Below, piece after piece: positions 12,455 to 23,347 of a stretch of 64,000 nt of DNA; positions within the stretch are counted from its first letter, which is position 1; each line of letters begins with the position of its first letter. The notes under the pieces are model-generated. The model was not told the origin of the DNA. It ran no database searches and saw only the letters and a program-made list of their open reading frames with translations. Source of the stretch: Gemmatimonadota bacterium (lineage in GTDB: Bacteria > Gemmatimonadota > Gemmatimonadetes > Gemmatimonadales > GWC2-71-9). Position numbers and translations under genes: made by a program. The stretch lies in contig JANMXA010000046.1 of NCBI GenBank assembly GCA_031394255.1, forward strand, positions 6,753 through 70,752, written 5' to 3'.

Positions 12455-13738
12455 CTACCGGATCCCCAACAGCGGGTTCCCGCCTTCAATCCGCGCTCTC
12501 AGATCGTCCCCCGAGAGCGTCATCAACTCGACGACCCCTGCCAGTGAACGAGATGTCGGCCGCGCCGTGAAGACCCGGAGCCTTCGGGCGCTCCGATAGA
12601 GCTCGGCCCCGATCCGCGGCAGGCCCAGGTGTCCGGACCGGCCCTCCTCCGTCAGCCGCTCGACTCGGCCATCGCGGGTGGAGAGGGCGATGTCGACGGC
12701 CAGCATGGTCGGGCGGGAGGGGAAGTCGAGCAGCAATTCCGAGTGGCCGAGGCCCGCCTCGGCGGCCAGCGCGTCCTCGACCTGTTCCAACAGCGCCGGA
12801 TTCTCCTCCATCCAATCGCCCGTTCCCGTGACCTCGCTCGCGGGGAGATCGAGCGCCCGTTTGTAGAGCCTGCGCTCGTGGACCGCACGGCTCAACCCGG
12901 TCCCATCCAGGGCGAGCAGGCGCTCGACCAGGGCGCCGTCGGTGGCCTCGGCGATCTCCTCCCTGGGCAGGCGACCGGAACCGGCCACGGAGCGGACCGC
13001 CCGTTTGAACATGCAGGTCGCCGACCGGACGGCGTGGTGCCAGTACACGTTCCGGTACATCTGATACTTGGCGAAGAGCAGGCTCTCGAGCGAGCTCACG
13101 CCCTTCTCGAGGATCCCCATTTCCGCCGGGCCGGTCTCCGGGCGCACCAGGGTCAATGCCGAGAGCAGCCGGTCCACGTCCAGGGCGCCATAGGGGACCC
13201 CGCAGGCGCGTGCATCGCGGCTCAGGTAGTCGATCTTGTCGAGGTCCAGGGTTCCGGAAATCAGCCCCTGCAGCGGGTTCTTGCTCCGGCCTTGAATCAG
13301 CTCGCCGATCGCCGCGATCAGCTCGTTCCCGCCGAGCCCGCGAAGAACCTCCCCAAGCAGGCCCTGGGACAGCCGGGCGACCCCGAGGCCTTCGTGGTGC
13401 GGAAACCCGGCCTCCTCCAGTCCGTGGGAGAACGGATAGTGCCCGATGTCGTGAAGCAGCGCGGCGAAACGAACCGCTTGCTGGTCCAGGTCCGTTATCG
13501 GCCGCAGTTCTCCGCGCTGGCCCAGAATGGCCAGAGCCCGGCCGGTGAGGTGGTAGGCGCCGAGGGCGTGCTCAAACCTGGTATTGGTCGCCCCGGGGTA
13601 CACCAGGAAAGCGTGGCCAAGCTGGCGGACGTAGCGGAGCCGCTGCATCGGGGGAGTGTCGATGACGGCCATGCCGGCCTGGTCAACTTGAATGTTGTCC
13701 CAGAGCGGGTCGCGGATGATGTCAAACGTCGATGGCAT
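12455..13738 (-). CDS. HD-domain phosphohydrolase (YwfO/dNTP triphosphohydrolase-like)
   Basis: QRLRYVRQLG, RFEHALG, LLHDIGHYPFSH, DLDKIDYL.RD, MYRNVYWH. Confidence 0.88.
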   Translation of the reverse strand: MPSTFDIIRDPLWDNIQVDQAGMAVIDTPPMQRLRYVRQLGHAFLVYPGATNTRFEHALGAYHLTGRALAILGQRGELRPITDLDQQAVRFAALLHDIGHYPFSHGLEEAGFPHHEGLGVARLSQGLLGEVLRGLGGNELIAAIGELIQGRSKNPLQGLISGTLDLDKIDYLSRDARACGVPYGALDVDRLLSALTLVRPETGPAEMGILEKGVSSLESLLFAKYQMYRNVYWHHAVRSATCMFKRAVRSVAGSGRLPREEIAEATDGALVERLLALDGTGLSRAVHERRLYKRALDLPASEVTGTGDWMEENPALLEQVEDALAAEAGLGHSELLLDFPSRPTMLAVDIALSTRDGRVERLTEEGRSGHLGLPRIGAELYRSARRLRVFTARPTSRSLAGVVELMTLSGDDLRARIEGGNPLLGIR

Positions 13739-13792
13739 GGTGGGGAGCAGGGTTGGGGACCGGACCGATGTCCGGCCCCCAACGATGCGGGC

Positions 13793-15370
<1,578 letters not shown>

Positions 15371-15677
15371 AATCCTGGGGTGAGAGGGCCATGCCACCGA
15401 GGGGCCGGCTCGTGGGACTGACGTTGTTTCACGGTGAAACGCGAGCTGGAAATCCAAGTCGGTAAATGTCGGAGGATCGGGCCTCTCGGACAAGCGGTAA
15501 CCCGGAGGCGAGCCGGCGACCCGGGAATCGACTACGTCGTGGCCGGGGCGCGACACCAATCCGGCATCGGGTCGATCCACTCCGACTTGTAGGTGCTCAA
15601 GTCGTTTTGATGTGGTGCTTTACGCCCTGCAACCTCGCTTGGGCCGACGGGGTATGCTTCGTGCGAAACTGACGGGC

Positions 15678-17069
15678 GTGCATACCCGCGTCCTGCTCCT
15701 GGGAGACCCCGAATCTCGGCCTGATGGGCTTGAACGGAGCCTCATCCGGTCCGGCTTCGCCCTGAGCGAAGCGGTCTCGCTCCCTGCTGCGCCTGGCGAC
15801 GCCGGCTCGCCCGATCTCGCCATTCTGTGCGTCACCCGCCGCGAGGCCGGAATCGACGATCAGTTGCTGCCAATCACGTCCGAAGCGTGGCGCAACGTCC
15901 CGACGATCGTCCTGCTGCCAAACGGCGCGGCCGACCTGGCCGGACGGGCCCTCGCGGCTGGTGCGGTCGACGCGATGGTCGCCCCGGTCCATCTTCCGGA
16001 ACTCGTGGCTCGGGTGGTGGCCCGGCTCCGCGGCGTGCGCGACGGGTTCCGGGCGGCTTCGTCCAATAACGGGCAGGCCCAGTTGTTCTCGGTGTTCCAC
16101 GAGGTGGCCCTCGCCGCCCGCCCCGAGGAGATGCTGCAGATTCTCGTCCGCAGTATCGCCAAATCGCTTGGCGTGGCCCACTGCGCCTGCATCTTTACCG
16201 TCGATCATCGGCGCGGGCGGCTGGTGGCGGTCGCGGAGCGGAGCGAGGTCCGCAACCTCGAAGTCGACCTGGCCGAGTATCCCGAAGTGCGCCACGCGGC
16301 GGCCACCGAGCGGACGGCGTTCATTCCCGACGGGATGCAGCACCCGCTCTTCGCCGGGTCCGTGGTGCTTCCCGGTCTGGCCCCTTTTCAGCCGGCGAGC
16401 GCGGTGGCGGTTCCCATCACCTTCCAGGGGAAGGGGCTTGGGTTTCTGGTCCTCCGAACCGCCATGCCGGCGCCGAGTCTTACCACCGACGATCTGGTCT
16501 TCGTCGAAACGCTAGTCGCCGCCACGTCCCGTCTGCTCGAGCACGAGGATCGGCGAGCCAATCTCTATCGCCGTCAGGCCAGCGCCGGGGTGATCGATCC
16601 GCTGACCGGCTGTGGCGGGCTCGACGCGCTGGACCGGCGGGTCCGCGAGGAGATTCAGCGCTCGAACCGCTATGGGCGGCGGTTCACCCTGATGCTGCTC
16701 GACATCGATGGCCTTCGATTCGTGAACCAGCGCGCCGGTGTCGGCGCCGGGGATCAGGTCCTGAGCGAATTGGGGTCCCTGCTCCAGCGAGAACTGCGGG
16801 CCCCCGATTTCGTGGCGCGCTACGGGGGCGACGAATTCGCCATCATCATGCCGGAAACCGATATGGAGGCCGCCAGGGACGGACTGGTCCGCATTCGCCA
16901 GGCCATCGCAGGCCATCCGTTCGGCGAGGGACTGACCGGCAGCTTGAGTGTGTCGGCAGGCTGGGTGACTTATCCCAACGCCGGGGTCCTTGCCCCGGAG
17001 GATCTGTTCGCCCGAGTCGAGGTGTCGGTTCAGGAAGCGAAACGCGAAGTGGCCGGCGTCGCGGCCTGA
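15678..17069 (+). CDS. Diguanylate cyclase (degenerate REC-GAF-GGDEF)
   Basis: DPLTG, LLDIDG, intact GGDEF with RxxD I-site (RAPD); central GAF-like region. Start uncertain; GTG 15678 chosen because TATGCT at 15653 looks like a -10 box. Confidence 0.88.
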   Translation: MHTRVLLLGDPESRPDGLERSLIRSGFALSEAVSLPAAPGDAGSPDLAILCVTRREAGIDDQLLPITSEAWRNVPTIVLLPNGAADLAGRALAAGAVDAMVAPVHLPELVARVVARLRGVRDGFRAASSNNGQAQLFSVFHEVALAARPEEMLQILVRSIAKSLGVAHCACIFTVDHRRGRLVAVAERSEVRNLEVDLAEYPEVRHAAATERTAFIPDGMQHPLFAGSVVLPGLAPFQPASAVAVPITFQGKGLGFLVLRTAMPAPSLTTDDLVFVETLVAATSRLLEHEDRRANLYRRQASAGVIDPLTGCGGLDALDRRVREEIQRSNRYGRRFTLMLLDIDGLRFVNQRAGVGAGDQVLSELGSLLQRELRAPDFVARYGGDEFAIIMPETDMEAARDGLVRIRQAIAGHPFGEGLTGSLSVSAGWVTYPNAGVLAPEDLFARVEVSVQEAKREVAGVAA

Positions 17070-17075
17070 CGCCGG

Positions 17076-18278
17076 CTAGTTCCGCCGGCGGAGCCAGTCG
17101 GTCGGATCCAGGGCGATCTGGTTGTCCCCCCGAATTTCGAAGTACAGGTGAGATCCGTCGGGCGTGTTCTCGCCTCCGACGGCTCCGATCGCCTGCCCCT
17201 TGGCGATCTCGTCACCGACTTTCACGGCGGCGGCGGAGAGCTGCATGTACAGCGAGAAGTAGCCGCTGGCATGCTCGAGGATGATCGAGAGCCCGTAGGT
17301 TCCCAGCCGCTGAACCAGCACCACCTTGCCGGCCGAGACGGCGGTGACGGTCGTTCCCGCCTGCGCGGCGATCGAGATGCCGTGCCGGCTGATTCTGGCG
17401 CCGCTGGCGAGGGTGTCCGGGCCGAAGACATGGATGATGCGGCCCTGGACGGGCCAGTCGAGTTTGCCGAGCTCGGCGGTTGAAGCACCTCTCGAGCGGC
17501 CGCCGGAACCGCCGCCGGCATTGGGGGCGGCGGCCCGCGGCGCCGTCCGTCGGTTTCGCTCGATGGTGGCGAGTACGTCGATCAGGTTTTCTTCGTCCTT
17601 GGCGAGGACCGACAGTCGCTTGGCGGTCGTCTGGGTGTTGAGGCGAAGTCGGCGGAGCTGGGCCTGTCGGTCTTCGGCCAGCGTCCGGTAGCTGCTCAAC
17701 TCGGCCTCGCGGTCGGCTCGGCGGCGGTCGAGCTGTTCCTGCACAAGGACGAGTTCGCCCCGCTGCGCCTTGATCCGGTTCGCCAGTCTCTCGACGTCAG
17801 TGACCAACGCGCGGTCCTGCCGGCTCGTCAGGAAGAGATACTTGTAACGGGATAGCAGGTCGGCGAACGAGTCCGCCGCCAGCAGGACCTGGAACGTATA
17901 GAGCGACCCCCGTTTGTAGATGTCGACCAGCCGCCGCTCGAGCACGGCCCGGCGATCGGCCAGGTTGTCCTCGGCGAGGGCCAATTGCACGGAGCTGTTG
18001 TCGACCTGGCTGCCAAGGCCGCCGATCTGGCGCTCGAGTTCGTTGACGATCCGGTTCGTCGCGTCGCGCTGACGCTCGAGGTTGTCGAGTTCACGACCGG
18101 CGTCCCGCACCTGACCCTGGATCTTTTCCTGCTCGCCGCGCAGCCGTTCCCGTTCGGCCCGGATCTGTTCGAGCCGCTGGCGGCTCTTTTCCAGGTCGTT
18201 CGGCTGCTGGGCCACGAGGTTGGTGGCGACCAGGCCGAGCGCCGCGGCGAGGCACAGAACGGTCCGGCGGATCGACAT
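17076..18278 (-). CDS. envC: Murein hydrolase activator EnvC-like (coiled coil + degenerate M23 domain)
   Basis: Signal peptide, long coiled coil, WPVQG, YG..IILEH; Zn ligands degenerate (HGISI, HLYFEIR); follows ftsEX. Confidence 0.82.
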   Translation of the reverse strand: MSIRRTVLCLAAALGLVATNLVAQQPNDLEKSRQRLEQIRAERERLRGEQEKIQGQVRDAGRELDNLERQRDATNRIVNELERQIGGLGSQVDNSSVQLALAEDNLADRRAVLERRLVDIYKRGSLYTFQVLLAADSFADLLSRYKYLFLTSRQDRALVTDVERLANRIKAQRGELVLVQEQLDRRRADREAELSSYRTLAEDRQAQLRRLRLNTQTTAKRLSVLAKDEENLIDVLATIERNRRTAPRAAAPNAGGGSGGRSRGASTAELGKLDWPVQGRIIHVFGPDTLASGARISRHGISIAAQAGTTVTAVSAGKVVLVQRLGTYGLSIILEHASGYFSLYMQLSAAAVKVGDEIAKGQAIGAVGGENTPDGSHLYFEIRGDNQIALDPTDWLRRRN

Positions 18279-18282
18279 CCGG

Positions 18283-19158
18283 CTAGACGCTCCGCAACTG
18301 GCGATCGACCGAAACCAGACTGCCACCGAGACCGATGCCGATGGCGAACAGCATCATCACGGTCATCTGCAGCGTGCCGAAGAAGACCAGGGTGGCTCCG
18401 GTGTCGCCGGTGGTCTGCCGGAAGACGTAAAAGGTGACCCAGCACATCACGATCGCCAGGACCCCGCCCAGAATCCCCTTGATGGCCCCTTCGATCAGGA
18501 ACGGACCGCGAATGTAGTTGTTGGTGGCCCCCACCAGGCGCATGATCGAGATTTCCTTGGCCCGTTGGAGCACCGTGATCCGGATGGTGACGCCGATGAT
18601 GACGATGGCCACCGCCGCGAAAGCCAGGCCGATCACCAGACCCACGACCGCCGCCATGGTGCGGAGCTTGTCGAGCCGCTCGACCCAATCCCGGCCGTAC
18701 CGGACGTCCTCGATGAACGGGAACCCGCGCAGCCGTTCCGCGACCGCCTGGGCCTGCTTCGCGTTGCGGAACTGCGGCTTGAGGCGAATCTCGAACGAGG
18801 CGGGGAGCGGATTGACCTCGAGGTCGCGATAGGCCTCGCGAAACTCGACCAGCTCGCGGCGGGCCCGGGCCAGGGCCTGTTCCTCGGTCACGAACCGGAG
18901 TTCCAGGACTTCGGGGAAGGCGGTGATGTCCTGGGTGGCCTGGCTGATCGCTTCGGTCGGTGTCCCCCGAAGGACAAAAGCCACGACCTCGACCCGTTCG
19001 GCCAGGACGTCGAGGGCTCGCCGGAAGTTGAGCGCCACCAGGAAGAACAGGCCGATGGTGAAGAGCGAGAATCCGATCGATGCAATCGACAGGCTCGACA
19101 GCAGGGGCGTCCGTTGAAAGACAAGGAGGGCCTCCCGCAACGGTGTCCGGTGTCTCAT
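18283..19158 (-). CDS. ftsX: Cell division permease FtsX
   Basis: NPLPASFEI, EISIMRLVGATNNYIRGPFLIEG, 4 TM segments. Confidence 0.93.
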   Translation of the reverse strand: MRHRTPLREALLVFQRTPLLSSLSIASIGFSLFTIGLFFLVALNFRRALDVLAERVEVVAFVLRGTPTEAISQATQDITAFPEVLELRFVTEEQALARARRELVEFREAYRDLEVNPLPASFEIRLKPQFRNAKQAQAVAERLRGFPFIEDVRYGRDWVERLDKLRTMAAVVGLVIGLAFAAVAIVIIGVTIRITVLQRAKEISIMRLVGATNNYIRGPFLIEGAIKGILGGVLAIVMCWVTFYVFRQTTGDTGATLVFFGTLQMTVMMLFAIGIGLGGSLVSVDRQLRSV

Positions 19159-19841
19159 GGGGCCGCCTCGGCGTCATCGACGCCACTGTCATAGACGATC
19201 CGTCCGCCCTTGAGTTCGATCGTCCGGTAGCCGGTGTCGCGGACCAGTTCCATGTTGTGGGTCGCCATGACCACTACGGTTCCCCCCGCGTTGATCTCGC
19301 GTAGCAACTGGAAGATGCCCCGGGTGGCCCGCTCGTCGAGGTTGCCCGTCGGTTCGTCGGCAATCAGGATGTGGGGGTCGTTGACCAGCGCCCGGGCGAT
19401 GGCGACGCGCTGCTGTTCTCCGCCCGACAGTTCCTTGGGGTAGCCGCGGGCCTTCGACGCCAGCCCTACCTGGGTGAGCGCCCGCATGACCCGGTTGGGA
19501 ATCGATTCGTGGCGTGCGCCGGTCACCTCCAGCGCAAAGGCGACGTTTTCCTCGACCGTCCGGTATTCCAGCAGCCGAAAATCCTGGAACACGACTCCGA
19601 GACGGCGCCGGAGCCGGGGGATCTCTCGCGCGGTGAGCTTGCTGATCTGGTAGCCGGAGACCTTCACTTCGCCCTCGGTGGGCTTCTGGTCGGCGATGAT
19701 CATCGACAGAATCGATGATTTGCCCGCTCCGGAATGGCCCGTCAGGAAGACGAACTGGCCGCGGGGAATGTGAAACGACGCGTCCTTGAGGCCAGAGACG
19801 CCGTTTCCGTACGTGAGGCTGACGTGGTTGAATCGGATCAT
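19155..19841 (-). CDS. ftsE: Cell division ATP-binding protein FtsE
   Basis: GHSGAGKS, RRRLGVVFQDFRLL, LSGGEQQR, ADEPTGNLD; start set at ATG 19841. Confidence 0.95.
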   Translation of the reverse strand: MIRFNHVSLTYGNGVSGLKDASFHIPRGQFVFLTGHSGAGKSSILSMIIADQKPTEGEVKVSGYQISKLTAREIPRLRRRLGVVFQDFRLLEYRTVEENVAFALEVTGARHESIPNRVMRALTQVGLASKARGYPKELSGGEQQRVAIARALVNDPHILIADEPTGNLDERATRGIFQLLREINAGGTVVVMATHNMELVRDTGYRTIELKGGRIVYDSGVDDAEAAP

Positions 19842-20995
19842 AGGCCGTCGAGGGCGTGGCGGAGATCGTCGATCAGGTCGTCGATGTCCTCGATGCCGCA
19901 CGAGAGCCGGACCAGGCCATCGGCGATGCCGATGGCCTTCCGCTGCTCGGGTGTGAGCGACGCGTGGGACGTGAGGCGGGGTTCCGAAATCAGACTCTCG
20001 ACGCCGGCGAGACTCGGGGCGTGCGTCACGATCCGCAACCGTCGGAGGAATCGCTCCGCTCCTTCGGACCCACCTTGGATCTCGAGGCCCACCATGCCCC
20101 CGAATCCGCTGAGGATGCGCGCCGCGATGGCGTGATCCGGATGAGCGGTGAGCCCGGGATAGTGGACCGCGACGACCTTGGGGTGATTCGCGGCAAATTG
20201 AGCCACCGCCAAGCCGGTCGCGTTCTGACGGTCGACCCGGAGCGCCAGCGTCTTCATGCCGCGATCCAGGAGCCAGGCCGAGTGAGAATCGAGTGCCGGC
20301 CCCCACACGCGGGACAACCGGATCACCTCATCGACCAGCGACTGGGTCCCCGCCACGGCTCCGCCGGTCACGTCCGAATGGCCATTCAGGTACTTGGTGG
20401 CGCTGGTGATCACCACGTCCGCACCGGTTTCGATCGGCCGGTAGTTGATCGGGCTGGCGAATGTGCTGTCCACCAGCAGGGCCAATCCGAATTCCTTGGT
20501 GATGGCGGTGACCGGGTTCGGGTCGACCACCCGCATCAACGGGTTCGTGGGCGACTCGAAGAACACCGCCCGCGTGTTCTTCTTCACGGCTCGTCGCCAG
20601 GCCCGGGGCTGGACCGGGTTCACATAGGTGATCGCGATGCCGAAGCGGTCGAATTCTTCGTCGAAGAGGCGCCGGGTGCCCCCGTAGATCCACTCGCTCG
20701 CGATCAGGTGATCGCCGGGACGGAGCACGGCCAGGTGTGCCATGGCCGTCGCGGCCATGCCGCTCGAGAGGAAAATGGCGGCTTCCGCGCCCTCGAGCAG
20801 GGCGTATTTTCTTGCCAGCGCCACCTGGTTCGGCGTGTTGCCGTACCGCTCGTACATCACTTCACGATCCGATCCGATCGCATTCACGTAGGTCGTGCTC
20901 TGATAGATCGGCTGCACCACCGGTTGATCCGGGTGCCGGCGGGCCGGCGGCCCGTGAACGGCGGTGGTCGAACGTCCGTGGCTGGGCTTGGTCAT
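19838..20995 (-). CDS. PLP-dependent trans-sulfuration enzyme (cystathionine gamma-synthase/lyase or methionine gamma-lyase family)
   Basis: YERYGN, SSGMAA, ESPTNP, DSTFASP, SATKYLNGHSD, RLSCGIED; start set at ATG 20995. Confidence 0.9.
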   Translation of the reverse strand: MTKPSHGRSTTAVHGPPARRHPDQPVVQPIYQSTTYVNAIGSDREVMYERYGNTPNQVALARKYALLEGAEAAIFLSSGMAATAMAHLAVLRPGDHLIASEWIYGGTRRLFDEEFDRFGIAITYVNPVQPRAWRRAVKKNTRAVFFESPTNPLMRVVDPNPVTAITKEFGLALLVDSTFASPINYRPIETGADVVITSATKYLNGHSDVTGGAVAGTQSLVDEVIRLSRVWGPALDSHSAWLLDRGMKTLALRVDRQNATGLAVAQFAANHPKVVAVHYPGLTAHPDHAIAARILSGFGGMVGLEIQGGSEGAERFLRRLRIVTHAPSLAGVESLISEPRLTSHASLTPEQRKAIGIADGLVRLSCGIEDIDDLIDDLRHALDGL

Positions 20996-21534
20996 AGGAT
21001 GGGCAGGGGGCAGTAGGTGCCGGATGCGGCCTGCACCAATCGGCGCAGGGCCAGGGATTGGAGGGCGTCGGCGGCCCGTTCGATCGTCCATCCGAGGGCG
21101 TCAGCCAGCCGGCCCGAGTCGCCGGCTCCGAGGCGCTGGACGGCATCGAACGCGGCCAGCAGGTCCGGGGTTCGCCAGCCGAGGATGCCAGGGGGGGCGC
21201 CGTCGTCAGGCACCGCGATCACCGTGAGGCGGTGGGTTTCGAGGACGTGATCGATCGCTTCCCGATGGGTGTCGGAGACGTTCACGAGCACGACATATCT
21301 GGGGCGGTCGTCGGCGGCGTTGAGCAGCAGTTTGGCCACGATCTCATCGGCACAGCTGTAATCCAGCAGGCCGATCGAGCCGAAATCCAGCTGAGTGGTC
21401 GGATGCGGGTTGGTGCCGATCCTGGCTTCGATCAGCTGCCGGAGGGAAATGCCGGTGGGCCTGGTGACCAGGTGGTTGTACCCCGAAGTGACCGTTTCCC
21501 GGAGCAGCGGGCGGAGATCGATCCGTTCTCTCAT
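20992..21534 (-). CDS. STAS-like (DUF4325-type) domain + probable C-terminal winged HTH
   Basis: TRPTG..LR, LDFGSIGLLDYSCADEIV (STAS-like phospho-Ser context); C-terminal LADALGWTIERAADALQSL..RRLV HTH-like. Confidence 0.65.
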   Translation of the reverse strand: MRERIDLRPLLRETVTSGYNHLVTRPTGISLRQLIEARIGTNPHPTTQLDFGSIGLLDYSCADEIVAKLLLNAADDRPRYVVLVNVSDTHREAIDHVLETHRLTVIAVPDDGAPPGILGWRTPDLLAAFDAVQRLGAGDSGRLADALGWTIERAADALQSLALRRLVQAASGTYCPLPIL

Positions 21535-22433
21535 CGCGCGGGAGCCTCCTGCGCCGGAATGGTGATCTGCACCTGGGAACCCGGGAAGAACGGCAGGTGC
21601 TCGGCCAGCGGAACGTCATCATCCCATTCGGGCAGGACGGACAGTCTGGCCGTACCGCTCCGGATCGCGATCTTGCCCTGCCACCGCAGCAGGTACCGTT
21701 TGATCCCGGCCAGTCCCTGCCCGCGGCCCGGGTCGCGGAACCGGCTGACCCCGTGCAACAGCGCCGACTCCAGGGCCGCGCCGTCGCCCCAGCGCTCGCC
21801 GACCTTCTTTGCTTCCGAGGCTTCGAGCGAACGGCGAAAGCCGACCCCCGCGTCGCTCACGGCGATGACCGCCACCTTCCGGCCCAGTCTCCGCTGCCAC
21901 ATGTAGGTCTGCACCGCCACCCAGCCGCCGGTACCGGCATGCTCGACGATATTCTGGCAGGCTTCCGAGAGCGCCATGGCGAATCCCATGACGGCCTTGG
22001 CCTCGAGCTTGAGCTCCGAGGTCAGGATCCTGGTGGCGCCTTCCTGGACCCGACCCACCACTTCGTGCACATCCTCTGCCGCCCGCACCGCCGTCACCGG
22101 TACCAGCGTGCTGCCGGGCGCGTCGCCGCTCCGCTTGGGAATCTTGCCCGCGAGCTCGAAATAGTCGACGGCGTGGTGAAAGAAGCCCGTTCGGGCCCAG
22201 TAACTCCTGGTGTCGTCGCTGTCCGGTACCGCGAGGCGCGGCTTGGGCAGCTTGAGTTCGGCGATCGCCTGTCCGAGCGTCAGCATCGCCGCGAGGCCGT
22301 AGGGCGATGCCCAGGTCGTGCCCCGGGCGTCGATCAACAGCCGTTCCGCCGGGGGCCAGGGCCCGAGGGCAAGGGCGAACTGATCGAGAGTTCGATCGTC
22401 GAAGTGGGCCGGAACGGGTGCGACGTGAATCAT
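21531..22433 (-). CDS. STAS-like + GHKL (HATPase_c) Ser-kinase/anti-sigma-like ATP-binding protein
   Basis: N box EACQNIVEHA, G1 SDAGVGF, G2 GRGQGL, G3 PGSQV; no H-box; N-terminal IDARGTTWASPYGL STAS-like; start set at ATG 22433. Confidence 0.75.
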   Translation of the reverse strand: MIHVAPVPAHFDDRTLDQFALALGPWPPAERLLIDARGTTWASPYGLAAMLTLGQAIAELKLPKPRLAVPDSDDTRSYWARTGFFHHAVDYFELAGKIPKRSGDAPGSTLVPVTAVRAAEDVHEVVGRVQEGATRILTSELKLEAKAVMGFAMALSEACQNIVEHAGTGGWVAVQTYMWQRRLGRKVAVIAVSDAGVGFRRSLEASEAKKVGERWGDGAALESALLHGVSRFRDPGRGQGLAGIKRYLLRWQGKIAIRSGTARLSVLPEWDDDVPLAEHLPFFPGSQVQITIPAQEAPAR

Positions 22434-23347
22434 GGTGTGACCAGAGTGCCCTTCAGATGTTGGGCCAGGCCTCCGGCACCCCGGAACCGGGCATTGCGAC
22501 TCGCCATTCGGTTGCCGAAGCGGGCGGCCGTATCGATCGCGTCGCCCCGGAGGATGGCCGAAAAGGTCGCCGCCCCGAACACATCGCCGCAACCGGTCGG
22601 GTCAGGATCGTCGACCGGCTCGGTCGCAATCAGCTCCGTCCGGGTCATCGCGCCGTCCCCGGCAACATAGACGACGCCGCGAGGGCCGAGGGTGACCAGG
22701 ACGCCCTTCGCCCCCTGGCCCAGGATCGCGGTCGCGAGGCTCAACGGATCGGTCGACAGCTCGGCCATCTCGTCCTCGTTGACCTGGATGTAGTCGAAAC
22801 ACCGGTACCAGTTCGGGGCGTCGACCAGCGGCGCCAGGGTCCGGATCCCGTCCCGGCCCATGCCGAGGAGCAGGCTGTGCAGGTCGGCGTAGATCGGCCC
22901 CCGGAATCCGTCGCGGAGCGCCGATGCGGTGCCGAGGCACATCTCGAAGCCCGAGATGAAATTGACGTACAGGGCGTCGAGGTCGCGCACCAGGGGCCCA
23001 AGTTCGGCCCAGTTCCAGCCCGGGACGCCGCCCGCCATCCGCTCGCAGCGGCGTTGCTGGGACTGATAGCGGAGGACAACCCGGTTGTTCGGCGTGGGCA
23101 CCTCGATGAAACGGGCCGCCGGATGGCGGTGGCTCAGCGTGGCGAGAAACCGGTCGGCCTCGCGAATCAGGTCGCTGCCCACCTTGATCAGGGGCACGAT
23201 TTCCCAGTCGTCGCCTAACGATGCCTCGAAGCCCGAGAGAGCGTACGCGATCCCGCCCCATTCCTCGACCGGCCCGCGCGCCGGATCGCGGCCGTGGATC
23301 TGGTCCCAGACCAGCGACCCGACGACGCCGATCCTACGCGTGGGCAT
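22430..23347 (-). CDS. PfkB/ribokinase family carbohydrate kinase
   Basis: WGGIAY, QVNEDE, VTLGPRG, DPTGCGDVFG; start set at ATG 23347. Confidence 0.85.
   Translation of the reverse strand: MPTRRIGVVGSLVWDQIHGRDPARGPVEEWGGIAYALSGFEASLGDDWEIVPLIKVGSDLIREADRFLATLSHRHPAARFIEVPTPNNRVVLRYQSQQRRCERMAGGVPGWNWAELGPLVRDLDALYVNFISGFEMCLGTASALRDGFRGPIYADLHSLLLGMGRDGIRTLAPLVDAPNWYRCFDYIQVNEDEMAELSTDPLSLATAILGQGAKGVLVTLGPRGVVYVAGDGAMTRTELIATEPVDDPDPTGCGDVFGAATFSAILRGDAIDTAARFGNRMASRNARFRGAGGLAQHLKGTLVTP

Noticed and set aside
12455..13738. HD protein as an anti-phage dNTPase
   Set aside because: Housekeeping context downstream of pckA with no defence neighbours; matches the widespread YwfO-like type
15372..15387. 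sigma54 promoter for pckA (minus strand TGGCATGGCCCTCTC)
   Set aside because: No GC at the -12 position and too close to the start codon
15426..15440. parS site
   Set aside because: An extra central base breaks the parS spacing, and no par/ori genes are nearby; kept only as a generic palindrome
17076..17460. Active M23 endopeptidase
   Set aside because: Zn ligands are degenerate, which is normal for EnvC activators
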